Of a stretch of 64,000 nt of DNA, positions 26,250-38,853 are shown piece after piece. Within the stretch, counting starts at the first letter, position 1; the number at the start of each line of letters is the position of its first letter. The notes under the pieces were generated by a model. That model did not search any database. It saw nothing but the letters and a program-made list of their open reading frames with translations, and was not told the origin of the DNA. This DNA is from Leucoraja ocellata (Eukaryota): assembly GCA_036785375.1 (NCBI GenBank), contig JAWMAR010000898.1, positions 62,001 through 126,000 on the forward strand, read 5' to 3'. The translations under genes were made by a program, and so were the position numbers.

Positions 26250-27239
26250 TATGTTTAAAAACTCGAGGGTGACTAGGGAGACTGCTCAAGGATAAAGGAG
26301 GATATGCCTGCTTGGAGTCAGTGGGTATAGGTGAGGTGCTAAATGAATACTTTGCATGTGTATTTACTGAGGTGAAGAACTTTGAGTAGAGTGAGATGAG
26401 TGTGGAGAATACAAATGTGCTTGTGCAGTTTGAGATCGAGAAGGCGGTGATGTTGAGCTGCTGAAGAGAATTAACGTAGAAAAATACCCGGAATTGTAGG
26501 GATCCGGAAGGGAAGTAGAGAGAATCCAGGGAACAATAGGCCGGTGAGCCTCGTATCAGTGGTAGGGAAACAATTGAAGAGAATTCTTCAATATAGGACC
26601 TACTCCCATTTGGAAGAGAATGGGCTAATTAGGGATAGCCAGCATGACTTTGTACATGGCAGGTAATGTCTTACTGACTTGATTGAGTGTTTTGTTAATG
26701 TTACGAAGGAGATTGATGAAGGTAGGTGTGGTGGATGGTGTACACATTGTACACATAAAAGAGCATCTCTGGAGAACATGAATAGGTGATGTTTCTGGGT
26801 GGGGCCTTTCTTCAGACTGATTGTTGAATTATTTCAGCACTTTGTCTCCTTTTGCGTATTAAACAGCAAAGCCGTTTTTTGGTTTCTACCAAGTTTTTAA
26901 GGTGATTCCGACGTGTAAAATCTGACTTGCATAAAGGTTTACAAAATGTAACCCTTGCGTATGTCGGGGAGTGTCTGCATGTAAAATTATGCGTGGCATA
27001 ATTAGGGTAGACGGTCAAAACCCTTTTCCGAGTGTGGAAATGTCCAACACTGGAGGGAATAACTATAAGGTGAGAGGGGGAAAGTTTAATGAAGATGTGT
27101 GGTGTTTTTTTCCAGAGTGGTGGGGGCCTGGAAATCATTGCCAAGGGTGGAGGTGGAGGCAGATACTTTAGTGACGTTTAAGAGGCAAACATTGTGGGCT
27201 GAAAGGCCGATTCCTCTGATGTATTGTTCGATATTTTAT

Positions 27240-28470
27240 GTAATACTAATATGCAAGGGCAGTTTGAGATCAAGCAGGATGTGGTGTTGGGGCAAGTCAA
27301 GAGCATTATGGTGGATTCATCGCCAAGGCCTGATGGGATCTATCCCACGTTAAGAAGAGTAAGCAAGGACATTACAGGAGCCTTAACAAAGGACTTTTCA
27401 ACTTCTCTAGCCACAGGCGAGGTCTGGAGGGTAGAAATGTTATCCCTTTGTTATGAAGGGAAGCAGAGATAATCAAGGCAATTATAGGCTGGCGAGCCTC
27501 ACATCAGTGACAGGAAAGCTATTGGAGTGGATTCTTCATGAGAATTTACACTCATTTAAGGGAATGGGCCGATTAGGGATAGTCAACAATGGCTTTGTAC
27601 ACAGCAGGTCATATCTTACAAAATTGATCCAAGTTTTTGAGGATGTTACGAAGTTGATCAATGAGGGTTGGGTGATGGATGTTGTCTACATGAATTTTAA
27701 TAAGGCATTTGATAAAGTACCCCATGGTAGGCTGATCTAGAAGATGAAGATTCACGGATTTCATGATGATTTGGTTGTATGGATTCAGAATTGGCTTACT
27801 TGTAGGAGACAGAGGGTTGTGGTGGAATTATTCTAGCTGAAGGTCTGTGACCAGTTGAGTTCCTCAGGAATTCGTGCTGGGGCCATTGTTGTTTGTGATG
27901 TATATAAATCACTATCGTGAATAGAAATGGGTTGGTTAGTAAGTTTGCAGACATCAGCAAGATTGCTGGTTTTGTGTTGTGATTTGTGTGGGAATGCTGT
28001 CAAAAGATACAGCAGGATATAGACCAGTTACAGAAATGGGCAGAGAGATGGCAGATGTAGTTTAATCCGAGCAAGCGTTAGGTGTTGCATTTCAGGTGGT
28101 CGAATTTAAGGGTGTACGGTTGATGGCAGGATGCTTAACAGCATTAATGTACAGAGGGAGCTTGGGGTCCAGGTCCATAGCTCCCTGAAAGTGGTATAAT
28201 TAGGTAGTGGTAAAGAAGGCATATGGGCGGCTAACCATCATTGGTTGGGGCTGAGTATAAGAGTCAGGAAGTCATGATGCAGTTCTATAAGACTCCGGTT
28301 AGGCTGCAGTTGGAGTATTGTGTATAGTTCTGGTTGACACAATGCAGGAAAGATGATGGGACTGGAGAGGGCACAGAAGATGTTTACCATAGTGCTGCCT
28401 GGATTAGGTTGTAGGATATACAAAGAGAGGTTGGACAAATTTGGACTGTTTTCTCTGGAACGCCATATGT
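27240..28470 (+). mobile_element. CR1 LINE RT fragment, degenerate
   Basis: SPRPDGIYP, GNYRLASLTSVTGKLLE, DVVYMNFNKAFDKVPHGRL, LERAQKMFT..LPGL. Confidence 0.9.
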
Positions 28471-28871
28471 TATATGTTGGCTTTGGTGTTCACATCCAAG
28501 TTTCAGCATCATTATGGGTGGGGATGCTCCGAGAGATGCCTCATTCAGGTAACCATTAATTGTTCACCTATTGTTCACGATAGGATGTAGAAGGCAGGAG
28601 TTCAACAATGAGATTGTTTAGCTACATCTATTGCTTTGTGATGGAGGCGGGCTACCATTCTGCTTCTGGTTGGCTAACAGTACATGGTGCAAGCCCAGTT
28701 TGGACCAAATGCCCCATTTCCCACGACCACATCCCAGATTAAATCCTGCATGAAGATCTTAATTGGGATATTATAAAGCATTGTGATTTTCCACAGTAGT
28801 TGTGCCTCCCCGACTTGCCTGTTTCCGTTTAGCATGCCGGCGCTGCTGATTGCTCTTTTTCCTGTTTGCAG

Positions 28872-28959
28872 AGACGAAGCTATGCGGACGGCTGGAACTC
28901 CTGTCACCAAATCCAGCAAAGACATGGAGAACCACGTCTTCCTGAAAGCGAAGACCAGG
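28872..28959 (+). CDS. MED15: MED15 exon 2, DEAMRTAGTPVTKSSKDMENHVFLKAKTR
   Basis: Matches human EDAMRKAG..SKSSKDMESHVFLKAKTR; tgtttgcag acceptor, gtaagt donor; 88 nt. Confidence 0.96.
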
Positions 28960-30901
28960 GTAAGTGAAAGTCCAAAAACAGCAGATCTCAAAGAGTAAAA
29001 TAGTACAGAAAATATTGGAACCCCTCAGCATGTCGGGCGAAGGGGCCTCGATCTAAAATGTTAACTCTGGTCCTCTTCCCACAGATTCTGTCTGACCTGC
29101 TGAGCATTTCCAGCATTTTCTGTTTATATTCCTTTGTTATTTATTTGTTGGTTGTATCTTAGCTGGAAGGGGTGATTATTAATGCCCATCCAAATAACCA
29201 TGAACTGTGGGCTTGGAAGTCAATTTTAGAGGGCAGTTTGCATAGCATTACAGTTGCTGTAATGCTATCTGCGATCTTGTGGGCCTGTGATGATGCTCTG
29301 CAGCCAATCCCTTTCCCTTGCCCTAATGGCTCTGTAATTTGTTTTCCATTTCTTTCTTTCTGTCTACCTCCAACATTGCCCAGATATGATCGGTTCACAA
29401 ACTGGAGGGCAAATCCAGTCAGCCTTATTTTCATATTTCTATATGACATAGAAGGAGGATATTCAGTTCATTGAGAATCTGTCAGCGCTTGGAACAACCC
29501 CATCACTCTTTCTCCCTTATTTTTTCCTTAACCGTCCCATATTCCCTTCCCTCTAACGCCATCCACCAATTCAACCACTCTCCTACACACCGGGGAAGCT
29601 TGCAATGGCCAATTAACCTGCCAATCTACAAGGATGTGGGAGAGGCAATCCTGACTTCTCTGTCTGATTGGAATTTACACGTTATCCCTGCGAAGTTTCC
29701 CCCTGAAGCTCTGGTTTCCCTCCACATCCCAAAGACGTGGGCTGGTAAGTTAATTGCCCACTTTAAATTATGCAGGTGAGTGATAGAATCTGGGAGGAGT
29801 TGATGAGAATGTAGGGAAAATAAAAGGGATTAATTTGGATTAGGGTAAATGGTCAGCACAATGGCAGTTGGTAAGATGCTGGTTGAAAATCATCACAACT
29901 CTGGGCTGAAGGGCTTGTTTCTGTGATTACATGTATGGTTGAAACCCACCTTAGACTGATTCACATTTGTCCTTGTTTCTCATCCCTCCTGAACTGCCCT
30001 TTGTCCTTGTTTTGTTCCTATACCTCTGAACACCTAATAGCTCATCTCTTACTGTTTAACTTTCTATCAAGCCCCATTGTGTTGGTTACATCTTCCTCCA
30101 AAGCCTGTTGATATCCCCATGAAGATAGTCGTCTTGAGGTGGAACCTGTCCACCTTGATGCATCAGACTGACTTCAGGGATCTGAAATGGAGACACAAGT
30201 GACTGGAGATGCTGGAATCGATTCAGATGAAAGGTCTCGACCCAACATCGACTGTTCTTTTCTCTCCATGTGTACTGCCTGAACTGCTGAGTTCCTCAAT
30301 CAGCTTTTTGTTTGGCCTCGGGTTGTTTGGACTTGGGTCTTTTTATGTTAGATTAACGAAGATTAAAGGCAGTACGATAGAGCAACATGAAATAATTAAT
30401 CCCTAGTACAGGGTAGATACAATCTGGATGTTATGCCTTTATTTAAAGAGGGCTAAAAGACAAGCCAGGGTACTGGCTTGGTGCACAGGAAATTGAGTTG
30501 GGCTGAAGGGCCTACTTCCGTCTATAGAAATATGAAGTTTCCTGAAGCCAAGGGACTCTTAACAACAGGGCTTTGAACCAAGACTTTGAATAAACGGCAG
30601 GAGAAACAGTTTTAAAGATGGGAAATTTACTGCTGTTATCGGGGCACAATCAGTATCATGCATCAAGATCAGATTGGATAGCCTCATGAAGTAAAGGGGA
30701 GAAATGGGAATGATAGGTAAAACCAGGCAAAAATCCTGGTGCCCTCTTGTTTATAGCATTTTTTAAATGCTTTGGGATTGTTCTTAATCCTACTTGATAA
30801 GGTCACTTTATGGCCCTTTTTTCAGTCCTGGTGATTCCATGTATAAGTTCTTTCCTGCTTCTTCTATATTAAGTAACTATAAGTAATAAGTAACTATAAG
30901 T

Positions 30902-31113
30902 AACTGCAGATGCTGGTTTACTTAAGATAGACACAAAAAGCTGGAGTAACTCAGCTTGTCTGGGAGCATCTCTGGGGGAAAAGGAATAAGTAATGTTTCG
31001 GATTGAGACCCCCTTCTTCATTCTGCAGAAAGGTCTCGACCCGAGACATCACCTATTCCTTTTCTCCAGAGATGCTGCCTGACCCGCTGAGTCACTCCAG
31101 TTTTTTGTGTCTA
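30902..31113. mobile_element. Inverted pair of Penelope-terminal short elements
   Basis: gatagacacaaaaagctggagtaactcagc...tttcggattgagacccccttcttca followed by its approximate reverse complement, ending ccagttttttgtgtctat. Confidence 0.8.
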
Positions 31114-31672
31114 TAAAAGGATTAGTATGCTCCCTTCCCTTTGGACTATCAAATTCTACCTTTTAAATCTCTCACATGAAGGAAGTCCCAGTCACTATTG
31201 GGGAAATTAAACTGCAATACTCTACAATACTCCTCTGCAATGCTGCTGCTTTACGTATTTTCATGATCTAGCTACACATTTGTTCTTCCATCTCCTACTT
31301 GCTATTGTGATGCTTGTAGTACAACCTCATCATAGTGATTGGACATTTCGTATTTTGAGCTATATCCATATTGTCTCCCTGGATGAGCCCTCCAAAATGT
31401 CCCCTCAGTGTACAGCTGTAATATTCTCCCTGAGCACTGGTTCAACTCCCCCAGCTCCTGGAATATTGAGCTGATAGTCTTGCCCTTTTCGCAACCAAGT
31501 CTCTAATGTCAACGACAAGAATGTTGTAAATGAACCAGAGAAAAATCTGGAAAGGAATGGGGCAATGTGAGCACTGGCACTCTTGAAAGGCAGTTTGGGA
31601 ACTAACAACATTTTGTGATATATATCATCAGAACAGGCGGAGTCTTTGTCATTCTATTATGTGTTTCAACAG

Positions 31673-31724
31673 GAAGAGTATCTCAGTCTGGTGGCAAGGC
31701 TTATTCTGCATTTTCGAGACATCC
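31673..31724 (+). CDS. MED15: MED15 exon 3, EEYLSLVARLILHFRDI(H)
   Basis: Human DEYLSLVARLIIHFRDIH; tttcaacag acceptor, gtgagt donor; 52 nt. Confidence 0.96.
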
Positions 31725-32899
31725 GTGAGTACTCAAGAAATTTGCTCTCAACTTTCCTGGAGGAAGTGTTTTTGGTTTAGGAAATGCTTCGAGTGGAGAC
31801 ATGCATTGTCTTTGCTTTTAATATTTGTAAAACTGAAGATGCATTAATAGATTTGGCCATTAGATGACAGTATATCCTGGAAGTGAAAGTGGCTGATGGA
31901 AACTAACTCACTGAATTACAAATGTACCTGCCGCCTTGGTGGATCAGGCATGTTTAGTCAGTTTGATGCTTTCCCATGCTCTAATTTCTTACCTCCAGCA
32001 ACTGGCCGTCTGCACTAGTGGGCGATTAGGTATGCATCCGGGATGCCTAACATGGGTGTAGAAGCTTTATTGCCTGTTTTTTGCCTTTCTTCTGAAGATA
32101 CTGATTATTGGTGGGATGGGAACCCTCTTAGGAATGATTTCATTTTCGTGCCTTTTCCAAATAACTATCCTCTTGTGATCTGAGTTAGTAAATGGCAGCG
32201 ATGATTGTACTCTACAGATCAACGAGATTTTCAACTTTTAAGAATGATGGCTGGCATTTAGCAATATGTTTCACCAGCAATCCCTGGTCATGGTGTTACT
32301 TAGGTGCTGGAATTTGTCTTTGTTGAACAAATAGCAAAGCGTGTGGTGATTTTTGGCCAGATCCTGTTTTTGCTCAGAATGAAGGATCTGAAATTGTAAT
32401 AAAGGGAAAACGTGCAATGTCTTGATATAGTGGTAGGAATTCAAGTTTCAAACCAGAGGTTGATCACAAAATCCAGGCTGAGCTTAATTCTGATGGACTT
32501 CCAGAGGTGTTATTTTGCGGATGAAATATTAATCTTTCAGGTCCCAAATTCCTCTTCAAGTAAGGGCTCGTATTTAAATTACAATTTAAAAACCATACCA
32601 TCTGATCTCATTGCATGAAGAATGCAAATAGCCTGCAAAGATTCACCACCGCTGTTCAACAAGTACTTAATTAATAGATATAAGCACCATTCATGCCACG
32701 GTCTCTCAGAGCCCTATATAATAATGCAAATCAGGGGCTTTATTGCACCCATATCTTTTCCAGAGACGACCAGACACAACTAAGACAAATGGAGAATTTA
32801 AAATTAGTTAAATATTCTGGAATCTACTGGTCTCAGTTCAAAAAACCATGGCACTGATAGATTGTTAAAAAATCCATATTGTTACACTGGACCCACCTG

Positions 32900-33650
32900 C
32901 CAGATTGAGCAATTAAACAGTCAATGGGAAGAGCACGCTTGAAGAAGATCCCCATTATCGAAAATGGCAGGTCTTAGTTGGTGAATACCAAAGGCAGTGC
33001 ATCTGTATCTGCAACCATCTCCTGCCAGAAGTGCATTAGTATAGAAGGCATTTTTCAATCATTTTCATTCATTCCACGAGATGTCAAGATAGCAACCCAT
33101 TTTTTGCGTTGAAGATTGCTCCAGCAATGCAATCTACTATTTCATGCAGTTACAACGTTAGCATCTATCTGGCAATCTGGAAATGTGTTTACAAAATCCA
33201 GTGTGGCTAATTATACCCAGTCTATCTATTCCCAACCATCAGCAAAATGAAGGGCTATTTATCATCCAAGTGGCACCGACTTGCCAATAACCGAACGGTC
33301 ACATTACTCCAGACCTCATCATGCCTTGGTTCAGATAGATAGACACCAAAAACTTGAGTTCCAGCAGAAAACAATTTCACTTAATATTAAGCTAGCGTGA
33401 CATCCTGGTAAAACAGAAGTCATCAGTCAAAGGACAAATCAATGCATAGTTATACCCCTCGCAAGTTGGAGGTCCATCATCTCAGCTCCTGGGCATCTCT
33501 GCAGGAGTTTCTCTGTGCAGTGTCCTCGGCCAAGCTCCCTTTAGCAGCTTCATCAATGACCTTCCTCCCATCATATGCTAGAAGTGGCAACGTGCAGTCT
33601 ATGCCAGCATGCATCAAGCCCTAGATACCATTCAGTCATGGGCTGCCAAC
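32900..33650 (+). mobile_element. Old, heavily decayed CR1/L2-clade LINE RT fragment
   Basis: ggagtttctctgtgcagtgtcctcggccaag...ttcatcaatgaccttcc resembles GVPQGSVLGP...FINDLP at about 33503-33570. Confidence 0.5.
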
Positions 33651-34527
33651 CAGAATAAGAATGTGGGAAATAGAAACAGGAGTATGTCATTTAGCCCCTC
33701 ACCACCCTCTTCACCATTCTGTGGGACCATGGCCAATCCTTTACCCCAGAGTCACTGACCCAGACTAACCCTGTAATTTTTGGTTTTCGTAATATCACCT
33801 GATGATCCCCGTCATGATTATACGGAACCCCTCAGAATTCACTGAGACAATTAAAATTCAACATCCTACAGGTGAAGAAATTCTCCTTATCACAGCCCCC
33901 TTATTTTGAGTTTTTTTTTGTCATATCGACCCTGCCTTGACTGGAAATAATTTGGCATGCTTTAATGTTCCATGGAAGGGGGGATGTGGGGAGCTGCATG
34001 GACGTAGGGGAGGTGAAGGGGAGGGAGGCTAGCGAGCGAGGGCAGGCGCCCCATCGGTGTGATTTATGGGGTGGTTGGAGGCCAATCGGTCTCAGCAGAG
34101 GATTGGTCAGTCTTTTCAGTTGGTTTTATTGAGTAATACATGTCAGGAACATCATGGGGCATAGTCATTTTTATATCAGTTCAACATAGATTTTATGTAT
34201 CTTCTCCCTAATTGGTCTTGCTTTTATTATAGAGATGCATAACACTTGATATCAATGTTATTTAGAATGATATCAATTATTGCCATAACCCTAAATGTTA
34301 GATCTGTACCCTTCAGTATATCCCAATGTTGCACGGATCTAGATGTGTTTTCTCTTGCTCCACTTCAGAGGACAGAGAATCGAATTGTACAGCATATGAA
34401 CTGTTCAATGAGTCACCATTTGGTGAAAGGTTTGCACACTTATTGTTCTGTTCCTCTGAAGTTATAGTGAAGATGCGCAATTATTTTTTTCCACTGTATA
34501 ATTGCTTGATCATTTATGTTTTCATAG

Positions 34528-34548
34528 ATAAGAAGACTCGAGCTGGCG
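34528..34548 (+). CDS. MED15: MED15 exon 4 (21-nt microexon), (H)KKTRAG(D)
   Basis: ttttcatag acceptor, gtaagt donor; phase 1-1 joins exons 3 and 5 in frame; corresponds to human HNKKSQASVSD. Confidence 0.8.
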
Positions 34549-36739
34549 GTAAGTAGTGTTTTAATTCCAAACTGATTTAAGAAAGTCAGGAGATGCGTAA
34601 ATAGGTGCTTGGTAATCAGTGCAACTTGGTGAGGGCCATAGGACATTTTTCCATGCTGTATGTTGAACTGTTATTTTTGAATTAAATGGCTCTCATTTAG
34701 ATGTGCTTGCATTAATTTAACAGCTGAATAATTGCTTTCACATGCAGTTTTGGAACCCTTTGTTTTCCCACAGGGAAACTGTACACCCAGACGATCTTGG
34801 GAAAATCCAAGGAAAGGAGATTTGTTGGATTAGAGAATGGAGATGAACTTGTATGCAACTACATAAATAGATGTTGTCAAGATTTGCCTCTGGGTCGGTG
34901 ATGAATAACCTCACTCATGGTGGAACTCGGGGCAGGTCAAATTAGTTGTCAGCGGGGCTCTTTGTCAAGGGAGAAGTTCATTGGTCCTGTAGATACACTG
35001 GGACCCTTACTGTGAAATGTTTGTTGTGTGAGGAAAAATGTTCAACTGATGATAGCTGACTCGTCTTTTGGGAATGTGTTCACCATTTGTTGACCATGGG
35101 ATGATCACAATGAATGGCGGTGCTGGCTCGAAGGGCCGAATGGCCTCCTCCTGCACCTATTGTCTATGTCTATGTTGGTGATTTCTGAAAGTCATAGAGG
35201 ATGAGTAGTGGAAAACATTTGATCCAGACCTCAGGCACTATGTATATGGAGTTTGTACTTGGCCATGAGGGTTTATCCAGTGTACTGATAATTTTGCAGG
35301 TTAATTGGCTACTGTAGGGTGGGTGGGAGGAGAATATGTGAGGTATTAATGGGCATTTGAATGAATAGGTTATAGGGAATGGGATTGGTGAGGTTGCTCT
35401 GAGAGACAGCATAGACTCTATGGGAGCAATGGCTTCCTGTTTTATAAGGTAATAAAAATATGAGAATGTTGGTTCATCTCAATTGGTCAGAGTTATCTAT
35501 TGGATGTGAATTAGTAGGTATTCATGAATGAATGGAGAACTGGTGCTTCTTCATGGGTGATGGAGAACTGGTTGTTGGTGGGGTAGGGCGGGAGGTGGTG
35601 AAGCTATTTGCATGCGAAATTGTGATGGTTTTAAGTCAGGTATAGTGAAGTGTTGATGGTTGTCCTGGTGAGGAGGATGCCAGTCTTTTCTCTTATACAT
35701 TTTAGTTATCCATCTGACCTCTGGCACTATATCTTCTCCTGTGTTATGATGCTGCTCTGTTATTCTCCCTTGTCCTTTAAAAGTTTGTTTTCCACCGGCA
35801 GCTTGGGTTCTCTCAGTTTGATTTGTGCATTTCATGGTCTTAATTTTTCAGCTATTATTCCCATCTCCAACGTCTCCTTGTGATGTCACAACCATCTGAC
35901 TATTTTGCCTGATAAATATTGAACCTTTGCTGTAGCTTCAGTCTTTGGAATTTCTTCCCTCACCTGTTTCTCTAACTAATACTGTCTCCTCTTTAATTTT
36001 TAATTGTTTTAGCTCTTTGATCATTCTCCTGGTCATTTTTAGTTGTTCTTTATTGATTTGCTGTCACATTTTGTTGAAAGATTTTGTTTGTTTTTTTTTG
36101 CTATACTTACAAATACAGCTTGCAGTTGTAGGTACAGTTCTGTACAACATGGGCTTCTCTGAAGAATGGTTTGCGGAAATGCCACGTAATTGCACTTTCC
36201 ACTTTTCTGTGTGCTGGTCATGAGTAGTGATTTGGACAAAGAAAATTTGCTTTCCTTTTGTTATTTACAGTTGGACCAAAGTTTGAAACGTCTTGAAACT
36301 TTTGACCATAACTACTGCATTCCATTTCTATTATAAAAGCTCTCAATTTAAGAGATGTGAGCATCAACATTTGAGTGCTCCTATGAGAATTCCATGTTCA
36401 CATAGAAATCTCCCAGGTACAAATGCCAACCTGAGTTCAGAGAGCCCAGGACACATTATGCAGATGTTGCTAATAGGCTCAGGGTCAACAGGCTATATTT
36501 CGGAGTGCAGTTATACCTTTCTCGTACAGATAGAAAGATTAAGGGTATACATAGAGTATCAGTTTCACACTGTTTTCCTTTCTATAGAGGTTCAAGATTT
36601 TTTTTGCTTGTGCTGTAATGTGGGATATGATATAAGTTATCTGATAGTTTGGCAGTGGTGAGCTACTTGAACTGTTGCAGCTGAACTGTAACATTCCCAA
36701 CATTCAACCCCCCTCCCCTCCCAGGGGGGGGAGGGGGGT

Positions 36740-36990
36740 TGAATTTGTAAAATGCGTATCTGTGGAAGTTGGTGAGAGGTGTTGGGGACATGCTGAACTT
36801 CCTAAGCCTTCTATGAAAGTAGAGGCATTGGTGTGCTATCTTGGCCATTGCTTCACTATGTGTGGTCCAGGAAAAGATGGTGGTGATATTTACTCTTTGG
36901 AATTTGAAGCTTTCAACCATCTCTACTTCGGCACCGTCAATGCAACCCAGGGTGTGTGTACCACTTCGCTTCCTGAAGCTTTGCTGACAT
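36740..36990 (-). mobile_element. Rex1/L2-like LINE RT C-terminal fragment
   Basis: IDGAEVEMVESFKF..VNIT..FSWTTH......AHQCLYFHRRLRKFSMSP..LTNF in ORF 36663-37130. Confidence 0.75.
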
Positions 36991-37189
36991 TGAGAAAAAA
37001 GTTGTTGGCTTGACACCAGGTCACAAGGACCAGAGGGCACAGCTTCAGAATAAATGATGATCAATGATACTGTACCTAGGTACAGTGAAATGCATTGTTT
37101 CGCTGCGTTTTGGTGTCGACAAAGTTGCAAAGGTTCACCGATCAGTCCTATCTACTGCCTGCCACGGCTGGCAGTAGGACATACCTTGG

Positions 37190-37760
37190 TAATGGAGATG
37201 AGGAATATCTTTAGTCAGAGGGTGGTGAGTCTGTGGAATTCATTGCCACAGGCGGCTGTGGAGGCCATCATTGGGTATTTTAAGAGTGGAGATTGACAGG
37301 TTGTTGATTAGTTTAGGATATCAATGGTTACGGGGAGAAGGCATGAGAATGGGGTTGAGAGGGAAAGATAGATCAGCCCTGATTGAAATGCAGAGTAGAC
37401 TTGATGGACTGAATTACCTAATTCTGCTCCTATGAATTATGAAACATCTTCCCAGAATCTAGCCTGTCAAGCCGTTTAAGAATTTTGCAAGTTCCAATAA
37501 GATTTCCTCTCATCCACCTGAACCTAAACTCTAAAGAATAGAGCCCTAGTCTACTCAGTGTGTTCTCATAGTGCAAATCTTCCATCCTTGGAACCAGTCC
37601 AGTGAATCTTCTTTGCACTGCCTCTGTAGCAAGCACATCCTTTCTCTGGTAAGGATACCAAGGCTATACACAGTCCCTGATATGGAAACATTGGGGTCAT
37701 TTGAGACAGCGAAAAGACGTACTCAAAATCTCTTGAAATAGATGCTAACAAATATCTCCC
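37190..37760. mobile_element. Two CR1 3' fragments in opposite orientation
   Basis: Plus strand MRNIFSQRVVSLWNSLPQ plus tail (37190-37440); minus strand EAVQRRFTGLVPRM...LGLYSLEFR (37430-37640). Confidence 0.75.
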
Positions 37761-38825
37761 TATCTATGCCCTTCATCATTTTATAAACATCTTGAAGATC
37801 GCCCGTTAAAGTCCTACATTCCAGGATGGGTTTGCTCGTAGGGTGGGGGAGTCTTAAATAGAGGGGATGGCTTTCAGGTGAGAAGGGAGAAATTTGAAAG
37901 AGCAGCACGTTTTTCAACAGAGGAACAAGCTGCCAGTGAGGGTGACAAAGGCAGGTAGAATTACAACATTTAAAAGGCCTTTCGACAGGTACCTAGAGAG
38001 GAAAGGAGCAGAGAGTTCTGTGCCTAAGGCAGGCAAATGGCTTTAGAGAAATATTTTACCCCTTGTCTTAAACCTCTGCTAAAGGAAAAAGCTTCTTATC
38101 TGCCCTATCCGTGACTCATAATTTTATAGACCTCAATTTCCCTCTTGGTTTCCTCTGCTGTAAGGAAAATAAGCTAAGCCAAAGAAAACATCATAGCTGA
38201 AGGCAACATTCGGGTGAATACCATCTCCAATGCAATCACATCCTTTTTATGAGGCAACAAAAACGTACACAGTACTGAAGCTGCTGCTTAAATAATGTTT
38301 TATATAGCCTTACCATAACTTTGCTGTCACATTTCTGACCTGGCTAATGATGATGGCCCCGTAAATTATCGTTTTCTATCTGTGCCGATACCTTCAGGGA
38401 TCAATGAACATGTTTGCCGAGGCCCTCTGTTCCTCACTATATCTGAAGCTCTGACTATTCATTGTGCATATTCTAACCTTACTAGGTCACTGAAAATAAA
38501 TTACCATATCACTTACAGGATTAAATTCCATCTGTCCTTTCTCTGCTCATCTGATCAAGTTATTAATGTCCTGTAGCCAAAGATCACGTCTGTCGCTATC
38601 AAAAACATCACAAAATGTTGTGATTTCAACAAACTAGCTAATCTTCCCTCTGAGATTCATATCCAGGTCATTAATGTACCTAACTAGTAAAACAATATTG
38701 GTCTATTGCCTCCCAACATGAGATGTAGAAACAAAAAACTGCAGATGATGGAATCCTGAGGAAAAAAACAAAGCGCCGGAGGAACTTTGCAGGTCAGGCA
38801 GCATATGTGCAGGGAATGGACAGAT

Positions 38826-38853
38826 GACGTTTCGGGATGAGACCCTTCTTCAG
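38826..38853 (-). ncRNA. Minimal hammerhead-ribozyme-like core in a Penelope-terminal element
   Basis: Minus strand reads CTGAAGA-A-GGG-TCTCAT-CCC-GAAAC-GTC: CUGANGA and GAAA cores around a 3-bp stem II, with palindromic ACGU at stem III. Stem I is poor and activity is untested. Confidence 0.5.

Larger units (their letters stand above)
22780..26750 (+). mobile_element. CR1 LINE ORF2 copy interrupted by nested hAT and Tc1 insertions
   Basis: WGKADYSVI|RQELERVDWEQLL and NPK.F..Y|.KN.RVTRE rejoin across the two insertions; compare the copies at 55700-55780 and 9170-9220. Confidence 0.8.
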
